From positions 66,514-130,513 of the forward strand of contig CAZSJW010000001.1 of the NCBI GenBank assembly GCA_964607285.1: a DNA stretch of 64,000 nt, given 5' to 3'. Under the pieces are notes generated by a model that did no database searches, was not told where the DNA came from, and was given only the letters and a program-made list of their open reading frames with translations. The DNA comes from an uncultured Pseudomonadales bacterium. GTDB lineage: Bacteria; Patescibacteriota; Microgenomatia; UBA1400; PJMF01. Below are positions 42,248 through 51,967 of this stretch, in pieces. The first letter of the stretch is position 1. The number at the start of each line of letters is the position of its first letter. A program made the position numbers and the translations under genes.

Positions 42248-42973
42248 ATGAGCAACAAAGCTACACGTTTCGCAAAAACCGCTGTCATTTTTTCCGTAAT
42301 TCTTGGGTTGGTTGCGGTTGCAGGGTACTTTTATTGGCAGTATCGGCAACTAGCCACCCAAAATCCTGAACGTGAGATTGCAGCCATATCCAAAGAGCTC
42401 CGAAAGTTTATGGATTTGCCAGAGTCGCCACTGCCAACAATGGCAACAGTGACCGAGAAGGAAAAATTGCAGCAGCAAGAGTTTTTTCAGAAGGCAGAGA
42501 ACGGCGATAAGGTTTTGATTTATTTGTCAGAAGGAAAAGCGATACTGTATCGACCATCAACGGGCAAAGTGATTGATGTAGCTCCAATTCGGCAAACGGA
42601 GACTCCGCAGGGAGCGGAGGCAGTTGTGCCTCCGGATGAGACTGAAGCAGCAATCAAAGAACCAACAGCTATAACAATTTATAACGGAACCGCCATCTCG
42701 GGTGCGGCTCGTACTCTGGAAACTAATTTAACTGAGCTTTCATTTGAACATTCTGTCACCGCTCGGGCCAATGCTGCCCGAACCAACTACACGAGCACGT
42801 TGGTAGTAGACTTGGATGGTTCGCTAGCAGCTGAGGCAGCAGAACTTGCAGAGTTAGTTGAGGGGAAGGTTGGAACATTGCCGGCTGGGGAGCAAGCTCC
42901 TGCAGATGGGGGATTGTTGATTATTGTGGGGCAGGCAGATGCTGCTTCACCTTCACCAGAGGCTACGCCGTAG
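42248..42973 (+). CDS. Membrane protein with LytR C-terminal domain
   Basis: TM; PTMATV..FFQKAENGDKVLIY..KAILYRPS; ITIYNGTAISGAA..ANA..IIVG (LytR_C). Confidence 0.8.
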   Translation: MSNKATRFAKTAVIFSVILGLVAVAGYFYWQYRQLATQNPEREIAAISKELRKFMDLPESPLPTMATVTEKEKLQQQEFFQKAENGDKVLIYLSEGKAILYRPSTGKVIDVAPIRQTETPQGAEAVVPPDETEAAIKEPTAITIYNGTAISGAARTLETNLTELSFEHSVTARANAARTNYTSTLVVDLDGSLAAEAAELAELVEGKVGTLPAGEQAPADGGLLIIVGQADAASPSPEATP

Positions 42974-43436
42974 ATTTTTGCTTCAGCGCTTGGTACGCTT
43001 TGATGTCTCGAAGTATTCCTGGTTCCGTAACTTTTTGCATGGCTTCTTTTGGAGTTACCCAGGCAAACTCAGTGTGTTCATCAGAGATTGTAATTGCTTT
43101 GGTGTTTGTGGTGCAGTAGTACGTAATGCCGATTAATTCATTCTCTGCAATTTCGGAACCTCGAAAAAAATGCCAGACTGTAAGAATCTGGTGGATTTGT
43201 AGATCTGTAATTCCCAGTTCCTCGTGTGTTTCGCGTTGCAATCCTGATTCTGGAGTTTCAAATTGATCGATTCTGCCGTAGCCGATTTCCCAGTGGCCGG
43301 GTCGCCAGTCTAGTGTTGAGGCTCGTTTTATGATTAGAATGGTGCCATCTGGCTTATGTTCTAGGACTGCACCTACCGCTACCATGAATCTGCCGACAGG
43401 GTTGTGTGGTGTGGATTGGTTGTTTGGTTCTAGCAA
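42963..43436 (-). CDS. NUDIX hydrolase
   Basis: GRIDQFETPESGLQRETHEELG Nudix box; SDEHTEFAW. Confidence 0.88.
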   Translation of the reverse strand: MLEPNNQSTPHNPVGRFMVAVGAVLEHKPDGTILIIKRASTLDWRPGHWEIGYGRIDQFETPESGLQRETHEELGITDLQIHQILTVWHFFRGSEIAENELIGITYYCTTNTKAITISDEHTEFAWVTPKEAMQKVTEPGILRDIKAYQALKQKSTA

Positions 43437-43613
43437 AATGAATTGTTAGGTATTAATTTATCAAACAATTTATACACTAATACCTTAAATTGCCATCAAA
43501 TGAATGTACATACAGCTCTATTTAGTAACAATATGTGATAGCTATCATATTGCAGTGTAGGCGGATACTATATATGCTTAGTAAATACATACTTCATTGT
43601 AAGTAAAGTTCAA

Positions 43614-46127
43614 ATGCCTCGAAAAAAACAAATCAAAAGTCGATTTATTCTCGCAACCATCGGTATGGTGTTGGTATCTACGCTTGCGTTGGTTCTATTG
43701 AGTTTTGGGGTTCGCTGGCAGCAAGATACACGTTCTCAAGCCGCTAAAATAACCAGCCTGCAGTCATCGGTTCCACGGGGAAATCCATGGGATTTGTGGG
43801 CTGATGTTGTGATTGGGCAGAGAGATTTTGGAGAAGTTTCGGCACGAGAAATTGTGCCAGACAAAGTAAATATTCCCGGAGGTGTTGTGGTAGATACAAC
43901 AGTAAGCCCAGGAAGAATGTATGTTTGGGATTCAGGCAACAATAGAATATTGGGTGTTGATTTGGCGCAATGCTATGGGCGGGCAAATCGTTGTCAGCCA
44001 AAAATCATAATTGGCCAGCCAGCTGGAAATGATTTTGGTGCATGCAATCAAGATGCTGCATATGAAGAACATGTGCAGCGCAAGCCAGCATCGGCAAAAA
44101 CGCTTTGCGGTGTGTGGGAAGGCACACACACAATCTTAGAAGATAAATCATTCGCATCGATGGCAGTTGATTCTTCTAGTAATTTAATTGTTCCAGATGC
44201 CAATAATAACAGAGTACTGGTTTACAACAACCCCTTTACAACTGATGTTCAAGCTGACCGTGTTTTGGGACAAAGCGATTTTTCCGGCAACTTATGTAAT
44301 AGACAAAAGATTCAAGACTTACCAGGCACACCAGCCCAGCCAGTGCCAAATCCTAGTGCTGACTCAATATGTTTTCACTACTTAGGTGGTGGTGTTGCGA
44401 CTGATGCACAAGGAAATATCTGGGTAGCTGACAGTAACAACAACCGAGTGCTCAGATTTCCACCACGTGGTCAATCTGCAGATTTAGTGTTAGGTCAGCA
44501 GGGTTTTACTACGAGATATGATGCGGCACTTGCGCAGCCTTTGGCAGTTCGAGTAGATGATCAAGGACATGTTTGGGTGGCAGACAGCGGTCACAATCGT
44601 GTGCTTCGGTACTCTGCACCGTTTTCAATTGGTATGCAGCCTGACATGATATTGGGTGAGCCAGGGGACTTTAATTTAATTACAAGTATTGAGTTTGATC
44701 CCGAAGGCAGGGGATTGTGGATTGCTGACTTCACGGATGGCAACAGACACCAACTATGGTCATTTGAGGGTTCTAAACTAGAGGGACAAGTGTTTAATCC
44801 TGGTTTGCATAGTGGAGGTTCAGTAGGGATTGATGCTGAGAAGAACATGCTTGTTTCCAATTACTATAGTGCTGATGTGCGGAAATTCACCCCAATGCTG
44901 TTGCCACCTAATGATTGCAGGCAATATGATGGAGATGTAGCAGCTTGTGATGCGGCACCCGATTGCGCATTTTATGCTTGCTCGCAGCAATGTTGGCCTG
45001 AAGGCACACCGATGTACTTGGGTTGTGCGGGCGTACCACCTGAAGGGGGTTATGTGGAAACAAAGTCGTTGTATTCTCCACCTACAGGATATAACCTAAC
45101 CTCCGCCAAACGCTTAGAAAACTCTGCCTGGACAGGTTTGGCAGTGTTGGGAAATCAATTGGTGGTGTCTGACGGCAGATTGCTGTTTTGGAATGATTTG
45201 CAGTCTATCAGTAACGGCAAGGCTCCTGATGGGTATGTGGGTAGTTCTTCAATTCTCACCATCCCAGAACCTCGATATGCCCAGATAAAAGCTGATGCGA
45301 TGAACCGTCTTTGGGCAAGCAATGTTGAGCGAATTGATGTTTTCCAAGGTCCGCTCATAAATGGAGAACAGCGGGTTGCATCAATAAGTGGTGCTATCCG
45401 AGTTTTGGGAGGTGGCTCAATTACTCTTAGCGATATTCATGGAGTAGCACCTGCCAAGGATGGCAGCGCGGTCTGGGTGTCGATGTCGTATCATCAGCAC
45501 AAGGTTGTAAGAATAAGTAATCCGCTTACTAATCCAGTTATTGATGTAGTGCTGGGGCAGGCAAATGCTTCTGGATCCTACTGCAATCGGGACGCAGGTG
45601 ACCCTAGAAATGAAAATCCTTGGGCAGGTCAATCCAACAATGATCGACTCAATACACTCTGTTGGCCTGGAGCTATTGGTTTAGATACGTTTGGAAATTT
45701 GTATGTGTCAGATCACTTGATAGAAGTTGCAGGCAATCATCGTATGCTGGTCTTTAAAGCTAGTCAGTTTCAAAAAAATCAAAAGACGGTTGCAGCAATT
45801 TTTGGCCCAAATGCAAAAAAAGTGTTTCCCCGGGGCGAAGGAAGATATGCACACGCACATTTTGGCATGGCGTTTAATAGTAAAAACCAAATGGTGGTAG
45901 GACAAAATCCGTATACAGGCAATAGAGTGCTTGAGTACTACAAAGATCCATTGAAACTGAATCCAGCTAATCCACTAGATCCAGAGTTTGCTCGTCCGGA
46001 CGGAACTTTTGCTGATTTCTTTGGATGGCCGGTAGCGTTGGATTTTGACGCCCAGGACAATCTGTATGCGTATGATGCAAATCGAAGCAAGGTGCTCATT
46101 TACAAGCAACCTGTGTTTGAGTACTAG
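43614..46127 (+). CDS. Secreted NHL-repeat beta-propeller protein with Cys-rich insert
   Basis: Repeated VxDxxNNRVL and ADxVLGQxxF blades; TM followed by QQDTRSQAA. Confidence 0.85.
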   Translation: MPRKKQIKSRFILATIGMVLVSTLALVLLSFGVRWQQDTRSQAAKITSLQSSVPRGNPWDLWADVVIGQRDFGEVSAREIVPDKVNIPGGVVVDTTVSPGRMYVWDSGNNRILGVDLAQCYGRANRCQPKIIIGQPAGNDFGACNQDAAYEEHVQRKPASAKTLCGVWEGTHTILEDKSFASMAVDSSSNLIVPDANNNRVLVYNNPFTTDVQADRVLGQSDFSGNLCNRQKIQDLPGTPAQPVPNPSADSICFHYLGGGVATDAQGNIWVADSNNNRVLRFPPRGQSADLVLGQQGFTTRYDAALAQPLAVRVDDQGHVWVADSGHNRVLRYSAPFSIGMQPDMILGEPGDFNLITSIEFDPEGRGLWIADFTDGNRHQLWSFEGSKLEGQVFNPGLHSGGSVGIDAEKNMLVSNYYSADVRKFTPMLLPPNDCRQYDGDVAACDAAPDCAFYACSQQCWPEGTPMYLGCAGVPPEGGYVETKSLYSPPTGYNLTSAKRLENSAWTGLAVLGNQLVVSDGRLLFWNDLQSISNGKAPDGYVGSSSILTIPEPRYAQIKADAMNRLWASNVERIDVFQGPLINGEQRVASISGAIRVLGGGSITLSDIHGVAPAKDGSAVWVSMSYHQHKVVRISNPLTNPVIDVVLGQANASGSYCNRDAGDPRNENPWAGQSNNDRLNTLCWPGAIGLDTFGNLYVSDHLIEVAGNHRMLVFKASQFQKNQKTVAAIFGPNAKKVFPRGEGRYAHAHFGMAFNSKNQMVVGQNPYTGNRVLEYYKDPLKLNPANPLDPEFARPDGTFADFFGWPVALDFDAQDNLYAYDANRSKVLIYKQPVFEY

Positions 46128-46144
46128 GTGTAAAATAGTGCCAT

Positions 46145-46672
46145 ATGTCCAAAAAAATCGCAATTATTTCTGACACGCATGACAATTCATTAGCAGTAGT
46201 GTGGATCATTGAATATTTAAATGAACACAACATTTCGATGGCTTTTCATGCAGGGGACATTATAAACCCAGGCATCATTGGCAGATTTGCCAATTATTAC
46301 AATGGAAATTTACATTTTGTTTTCGGCAATAATGATGGCGAGACGGCACGCCTAAGCGCATTAGCTGACAATAATGAGAGTATCACTTGTCACAGACAGG
46401 AGTTGCGATTGGAGCATGATGGCAAGCGAATATTCATGAATCACTACTCGAGCATTTCTGAGAGCATGGCAAAATCTGGCGAATTTGATCTAACTATCGG
46501 AGGTCACGATCATACATATCGTGTGGTGCAGCATGACGTGTGTTACTTTGTGAATCCTGGTTGCACACTTACTAAGGATAAATGGTTAGGCGATGATGAA
46601 GACAGTCAAAGTAGTTTTGTGGTGTTTGATTTGGAAACAATGAAGCATGAGCGTGTGATTGTACCAAGTTGA
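46145..46672 (+). CDS. YfcE/MJ0936-family metallophosphoesterase
   Basis: ISDTHDN, HAGD, GNND, H, GHDH, NPG. Confidence 0.9.
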   Translation: MSKKIAIISDTHDNSLAVVWIIEYLNEHNISMAFHAGDIINPGIIGRFANYYNGNLHFVFGNNDGETARLSALADNNESITCHRQELRLEHDGKRIFMNHYSSISESMAKSGEFDLTIGGHDHTYRVVQHDVCYFVNPGCTLTKDKWLGDDEDSQSSFVVFDLETMKHERVIVPS

Positions 46673-46727
46673 TTAAAAAACTTCGGTTTACAGCAGTAAT
46701 ACTTATGTTGTACTATACATTCATAGT

Positions 46728-46805
46728 ATGAATCTTAATCTGCGTAAGTACTGGCATCGTTTGCATCCACTCCATAAGGGGTTTGTGTATCGTTTGGTCT
46801 CGTAA
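46728..46805 (+). CDS. Putative leader peptide MNLNLRKYWHRLHPLHKGFVYRLVS
   Basis: 25-codon ORF with clustered W-H-x-x-H-x-x-H codons, overlapping the 5' strand of an antiterminator. Confidence 0.6.
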   Translation: MNLNLRKYWHRLHPLHKGFVYRLVS

Positions 46806-46849
46806 ATTAGTAGGCTGAATAGTTTGAACCCCTTATGAGGGGTTTTTTT
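46773..46849 (+). promoter_or_regulatory. Attenuator: alternative antiterminator and terminator
   Basis: Terminator AACCCCT-TATG-AGGGGTT + T-tract (46827-46849); CATAAGGGGTT (46773-46783) is perfectly complementary to AACCCCTTATG (46827-46837). Confidence 0.7.
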
Positions 46850-46883
46850 GTATCAAAATTAATTTTTACCAAATATTGAAAGT

Positions 46884-47042
46884 ATGAACACAGAACAAAT
46901 AGAAAGAAGTTTGATGGTAGCCTCAGCGGTAGCAGCGATAATTTCAGCCGTTGTTACCAGTCAGCAGGCGTTCAGCCAAACTTTTTCTCAAACACCAACA
47001 ACTTTGGCAGCCAGCATTCAACCGTGCAGTACTGACAACTAG
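46884..47042 (+). CDS. Small 52-aa ORF downstream of the attenuator (possible remnant)
   Basis: MNTEQIERSLMVASAVAAIISAVVTSQQ...; one hydrophobic stretch; below the ORF-track cutoff. Confidence 0.3.
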   Translation: MNTEQIERSLMVASAVAAIISAVVTSQQAFSQTFSQTPTTLAASIQPCSTDN

Positions 47043-47050
47043 TAGTTTGC

Positions 47051-48535
47051 TTACACTAGTCGCCGACCCATCGAATCTATCGGTGGCAGTTGCCCCTGCA
47101 TACACCCCATGCAAAACCCCGTAGCATGCGCGTTATTTGTTGCGGCTTCACGCAAGCCCGCGGGACTCAGAAACGCAAGCGAGTCAGCACCTATGTATTT
47201 TTGCATCTTTATGAGATCACCACCGAGTTGATGTGCAAGCAGCTCATCTGCACTTCTGGTACTGATGCCCAGATGGCACGGTTTATCTATTGGTGGACAC
47301 ACAATCCGAACGTGAATTGACTGCACTTTGCAATGTTTTCGTAGCAGTTGTAGCAATCCTGCCATGACGTTACCCCGCACCAACGAGTCGTCAACAAGTA
47401 CAATCCGTTTGTTGGCAAGCACTGTTGATTCAAACGAGAAATGTGTTGCTACTTTTTGTAAAATACCGGAAATATCTGCCTCCATAAATGTTCGCTGTTC
47501 CTCGATAGGCATGGCTGCGTCAACTATTGCTTGCACATACGAGAGACGCAGAGTATTCGCGTATCCTTGCGCTCCAGTAATTCCTGTGCCAGGAACGCCG
47601 CAAACAAAATCCACGCTTCGCTTGGCAACTGGTGCTTCTTCCGCAAGAATTTGACCCGAGCGAAACCGTAGTAAATTGATGGAGGGGTGGTTACGAACAT
47701 GTGCTGATTGTTTGGTTGGAATATGTGCTTTAGTTTGCTCTTCCATCAGATAGACATTTTCAAACATGCAATATGCGCGTTGTGAATTGGTGGGGGGTTT
47801 TAGCACAGTTATGCTGCCATTGGAAAAAGCCACTATAGATCCCGGCATAACTTCACTAACATGAGTTGCGCCTAAGTTGAGTAAACTAGTAGTTTCTGAA
47901 GCAATTGCCCAGGTGTACGGAGCTGAGGCAGTAAGTTTGCCATACACGAGCGGTCTAAATCCATAACTGTCGCGCACGCAGTACACACTGTTAGTGGTGG
48001 CGATTATTAGACTATATGCACCTCGAAATGATTTGAGCGTGCGTTGGATTCTTTGCGACCAAGTTTTTTGTGGCGCTTTTGCAAGTGCATCTGCAAAGAC
48101 GACTGTGTCCGATATGGTGAGGTAGTCATTAGGTTTGCGTTTGGAGAACTGACCGTTGTGGGCAACGATGAATGCTTCGCCTGAAGCCTGATTAACTCTG
48201 CGGAGTGGTTGTACATTCTCGGGGGACTGATCGCCTGAAGTTCCGTAGCGGTTTTGAAACACCCAAGTTTTTGCCTGGACGGCAGCAAATTTTTTAGTGT
48301 GAGCTGCGCGGGCAGGGAAGACTTCACGAATCATGCCGCTGCCTTTGTATGAGTACTCCGTACCTACGCTGGAAACCGCCCAAAAGCCGGCACCATCGTA
48401 TCCTCTGGTTTGTAGTTCTTGATGTGCGGCTAAGGCAGGGAGGAAAAAGGGTTGGTCAGTGGGTGCAACTATCGCCAAAATGCCACAGTGATCTTGGAGT
48501 GGCTGGCGGTCTTGGGCTATGAGGGGTGAAACCAT
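47051..48535 (-). CDS. purF: Amidophosphoribosyltransferase (divergent PurF, propeptide + 4Fe-4S type)
   Basis: DHCGI N-terminal nucleophile, RYGTSG, HNG, RDSYGFRPL, ASET, CMFE, VDDSLVRG, PCHLGI, CMGC. Confidence 0.85.
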   Translation of the reverse strand: MVSPLIAQDRQPLQDHCGILAIVAPTDQPFFLPALAAHQELQTRGYDGAGFWAVSSVGTEYSYKGSGMIREVFPARAAHTKKFAAVQAKTWVFQNRYGTSGDQSPENVQPLRRVNQASGEAFIVAHNGQFSKRKPNDYLTISDTVVFADALAKAPQKTWSQRIQRTLKSFRGAYSLIIATTNSVYCVRDSYGFRPLVYGKLTASAPYTWAIASETTSLLNLGATHVSEVMPGSIVAFSNGSITVLKPPTNSQRAYCMFENVYLMEEQTKAHIPTKQSAHVRNHPSINLLRFRSGQILAEEAPVAKRSVDFVCGVPGTGITGAQGYANTLRLSYVQAIVDAAMPIEEQRTFMEADISGILQKVATHFSFESTVLANKRIVLVDDSLVRGNVMAGLLQLLRKHCKVQSIHVRIVCPPIDKPCHLGISTRSADELLAHQLGGDLIKMQKYIGADSLAFLSPAGLREAATNNAHATGFCMGCMQGQLPPIDSMGRRLV

Positions 48536-48626
48536 GTAATACGTTCCTATGGTAGCTGAACCAGCCGGCATGTGCAATGAGACAATACCGCTGGGTAAAT
48601 TAGGGCTTTGCGCTTATAATTGCTGC

Positions 48627-49172
48627 ATGTTTACTAAAGTTGCTCAATAGTTGATTTATAATGATGCATGGCTGGAATTATTCCAGGACAAGATTCAGTT
48701 TGAGGATGGTACTATAGGTACCTACGCTTGGATGGACCGAAAGGACGGGGTTGGGATAGTAGTGCTAACCCCAAATAAAAAAATTCTGTTGCAAAAAGAG
48801 TTTCGCTATGTAATTCAGAAATACAGTTGGGAAGTTTCCGGTGGCGGCATTGATGACAGCGAGACACCAAGGCAAGCAGCTGCACGCGAGTTGTTTGAAG
48901 AAAGTGGAATACGAGTCGCTGTCGATGAGCTACAAGAGGTTGGAGCGTTTTACCCACTGCACAGTTTAAACACAGAGTTAGTCACGCTTTTCATGGTGAT
49001 AATCGATGAAACAAAGCTTTCTCTAAACAATACTGAGTCTGGAGAAATAATAACCAACTCTAAGTTTTTCACTTTTGACGAAGCGTTGGCAATGATAGAT
49101 TCAGGTGAAATTAATGATGCTGGCACAGCAAACGCAGTCCAACTAGCAATCCGAAAGTTTTCCCATGGATAA
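48627..49172 (+). CDS. NUDIX hydrolase (ADP-ribose pyrophosphatase-like) with in-frame TAG at codon 8
   Basis: WEVSGGGIDDSETPRQAAARELFEESG; ATG 48627 MFTKVAQ*LIYNDAWLELFQD is in frame with ORF 48651..49172. Confidence 0.8.
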
Positions 49173-49926
49173 ACCAAAACAAACATCCTGGCAGAACGTA
49201 GCGCCATGGTATGAAAAGCTGGTGGGTGAGGATGGCCATTACTACCATCAGCACGTAGTGTTACCTGGGGTATTACGCCTGCTCGATTTACAACCTGAGG
49301 ATTCTTTGGCTGATATTGGCTGTGGGCAGGGTGTGTTGAGCCGGGCCATTCCTAAAATTTCAAAATACATAGGGTTGGATATTGCACCAGTTTTGATTTC
49401 TATTGCGCGGCGTGAAACTAGAAACGCTGCATATACATTCCGGGTAAGCGATGTCACCAAACCGTTGCCAATAACTGATACTACTTTTAGTCATGCGGCA
49501 ATTGTGTTAGCGCTGCAAAACATGTCACGTCCAGATATTGCAATCATAAACACCGCAAAGTATGTGCGCCCTGGTGGAAAGATCGTGATTGTCTTAAATC
49601 ATCCTGCATTTAGAATTCCCCGGCAATCTGGTTGGGGTGTGGAGCCGAACACGAAGCAACAGTACCGATGGGAAAACAGATATATTTCGCCAATCAAAAT
49701 TCCTATTACCATGAATCCCGGGCAACAGGAATCGAAAGTCACATGGTCGTTCCATTTTGCCCTGCAAGATTACGTACGCATGTTGGCTGAGGCTGGGTTT
49801 GTAATTACCAATTTGGAGGAATGGGTGTCTGATAAAACTAGCGAAGGCAAGGCTGCGAGGATGGAGAACAGGGCGCGTAAGGAATTTCCGCTGTTTTTGG
49901 TGTTGGTTGGGGAGCGGCGAGCATGA
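49165..49926 (+). CDS. Class I SAM-dependent methyltransferase
   Basis: LADIGCGQG motif I, GLD, VRPGGK, NHP. Confidence 0.88.
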   Translation: MDKPKQTSWQNVAPWYEKLVGEDGHYYHQHVVLPGVLRLLDLQPEDSLADIGCGQGVLSRAIPKISKYIGLDIAPVLISIARRETRNAAYTFRVSDVTKPLPITDTTFSHAAIVLALQNMSRPDIAIINTAKYVRPGGKIVIVLNHPAFRIPRQSGWGVEPNTKQQYRWENRYISPIKIPITMNPGQQESKVTWSFHFALQDYVRMLAEAGFVITNLEEWVSDKTSEGKAARMENRARKEFPLFLVLVGERRA

Positions 49927-49929
49927 AAT

Positions 49930-50084
49930 TGATTCGCACCGAGCTCAATAATCCGACTCATACCTTCCACACCCGTGACATACTCAAGCTCAATTTCGCC
50001 ATCCATGCCTGCAACCGCCTGCTGAGTAATTGCGAATAGATTCTTGCAAGTGGGGCAGCCTGAACCTAGGACTTGTACTTTCAT
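49930..50084 (-). pseudogene. 3'-truncated small thioredoxin-like protein (MTH895/redox-active disulfide protein 2 type)
   Basis: KVQVLGSGCPTC..LEYVT..IIELGA, then the frame runs into the antisense of the methyltransferase instead of the expected xxP-containing C-half. Confidence 0.65.
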
Positions 50085-50407
50085 GTGACCTCCTTGGTGC
50101 TGAGTATTTTGAGTAGTTTGACGACGTATGAGCCTCTTTTGGTGAGGGAGTAGAAGACTTGTCGACCGGATTTTCTGGCTGTTACAAGCTGCAGCTTTTT
50201 GAGTGTGATTAGGTGGTGGGAGACTAGGCTTTGTGATGCTTGGAGATGCTGTATAAGCTCAGACACGCAGTGGAACTCTGAAGTCAGAATACAAAGAATT
50301 TGCAAACGATTCTTGTCAGAAAGTAGCTTGATGAGTGCCAACTGAGAGAGGATTTTGTTGCTTTCGGCGGTCTTGCTGTTGCAGCAGTTATATGAATGCA
50401 TATTCAT
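50081..50407 (-). CDS. ArsR/SmtB transcriptional regulator
   Basis: LSDKNRLQIL..CVSEL..SQSLVSHHL..G RQVFYSL; N-terminal CC. Confidence 0.88.
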   Translation of the reverse strand: MNMHSYNCCNSKTAESNKILSQLALIKLLSDKNRLQILCILTSEFHCVSELIQHLQASQSLVSHHLITLKKLQLVTARKSGRQVFYSLTKRGSYVVKLLKILSTKEVT

Positions 50408-50476
50408 GTATTATGCGCGCATTTTTCCCAAGTCAACAATTTTAATCAGAGCTTTCAGTGATAGAATGAATATTCT

Positions 50477-51967
50477 ATGCATCAAGGTAAAACGTGCGTT
50501 GTGATTGGTGGTGGTATGGCTGGATTAGCTGTGGCTGCTCAATTAGCAAAGGCGGGATATTCGGTAACACTTTTGGAAAAAAATAAAACACTTGGTGGTC
50601 GCGCACGGGTGTTTCAAAGCCATGGGTTTACATTCGATATGGGCCCATCCTGGTACATGATGCCAGAGGTGATTGAGTCTTTTTTTACTTCGCTTGGCAA
50701 ACAGTCAAAGGATTACTACACCCTGAAGGAGCTACAAACAAAGTACAGAGTATTTTCCGACTCGCACCCGCCACTGGATATTGTTTCTGATCTAGAGAAA
50801 AACTACGATTTGTTCGATAAGCTGAGTCCAGGAAGTGCCAAGCATCTGCAACACATTGTATCTATAACGAGCAAAGCCTACACACTTTCGGTACTGTTAC
50901 TTGCAAAGCAGTTTAGCAATGTGTTCAGCTTGTTGTCAGTGGCAACTATGTTTAAGGGTTTGCAACTGCTCGCACTGTTTAATCCATTTCAATCATACGA
51001 GCGATTTATTGCTAAGCGCATCAGCCATCCGCTGCTGCAAAAAATACTGCAGTTCCACACAGTATTTTTGGGAGGATCGCCCAAGAATACTCCGGCGTTG
51101 TATAGTATCCTGATTGCCTCGGACTTTAAAGGTAAAATTTGGTACCCCATGGGTGGCATTGGCAAGTTGGTGAGTGCTCTTGAGTCACTCTGCCGTGAGT
51201 TTGGGGTGGATATTCAGACGAATGCTGAGGTGTGTTCGGTGGAAATAGCTGCAGACTCTCCGAGAATTGCTGCTGTGGTAAACAAAAACAAGCGCTATAC
51301 GCCTGATTTTGTTGTCAACACTGCAGACTATGCCTATTTTGACACGCAATTACTGCCCAAAGAATATGCAGAGTATTCACATAACTATTGGCAAACCAGA
51401 GACTACGCAATTTCAAGTGTGTTGGTGTATCTAGGACTTTCTAAAAAAATTCCCGAGCTACAGCACCACAACTTTTACTTTCAGGAAGATTGGAATGAAC
51501 ACTTCACTACTATTCAAGAATCAAATGAATTTCCCAAAAACCCTTGTTACTATATTTCTGTGCCTTCCGTGACCGACTCGTCTGTAGCACCAAAACACCA
51601 GGAAAACTTGTTTATTTTAGTGCCAGTGAGTGTTCGCACAACACAAGACGGCGTTGCGGAGTATGTGACTACTGTTCTTGATCATATTGAAAAAACTACC
51701 GGTGCAGCTATTCAAGATTCAATTGTATACAAGAAAATATACAGTCAAAAAGATTTTGCGACAGATTATAATGCATATAAGGGAAATGCCCTGGGAATTT
51801 CGCACGCACTGCACCAGTCAGTGTTTTTGCGACCGAGAATGAAAGCAAAGCACCTAGATAATCTGTATTTCTGTGGGCAGTTCACCCAGCCGGGTATTGG
51901 TGTGCCAATGGTGCTACTGTCGGCTCAGTATGCACTGGCGGAGATTCAAGCTACTATAAAACCGTAA
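50477..51967 (+). CDS. crtI: Phytoene desaturase
   Basis: VIGGGMAGL, LEKN..GGRA, GFTFDMGPSWYMMP, WYPMGG, YNAYKGNALG, NLYFCGQFTQPGIGVPM. Confidence 0.92.
   Translation: MHQGKTCVVIGGGMAGLAVAAQLAKAGYSVTLLEKNKTLGGRARVFQSHGFTFDMGPSWYMMPEVIESFFTSLGKQSKDYYTLKELQTKYRVFSDSHPPLDIVSDLEKNYDLFDKLSPGSAKHLQHIVSITSKAYTLSVLLLAKQFSNVFSLLSVATMFKGLQLLALFNPFQSYERFIAKRISHPLLQKILQFHTVFLGGSPKNTPALYSILIASDFKGKIWYPMGGIGKLVSALESLCREFGVDIQTNAEVCSVEIAADSPRIAAVVNKNKRYTPDFVVNTADYAYFDTQLLPKEYAEYSHNYWQTRDYAISSVLVYLGLSKKIPELQHHNFYFQEDWNEHFTTIQESNEFPKNPCYYISVPSVTDSSVAPKHQENLFILVPVSVRTTQDGVAEYVTTVLDHIEKTTGAAIQDSIVYKKIYSQKDFATDYNAYKGNALGISHALHQSVFLRPRMKAKHLDNLYFCGQFTQPGIGVPMVLLSAQYALAEIQATIKP

Noticed and set aside
49770-49929. 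C-terminal half of the 104-aa thioredoxin-like ORF
   Set aside because: It is the antisense of the methyltransferase 3' end, read through after truncation
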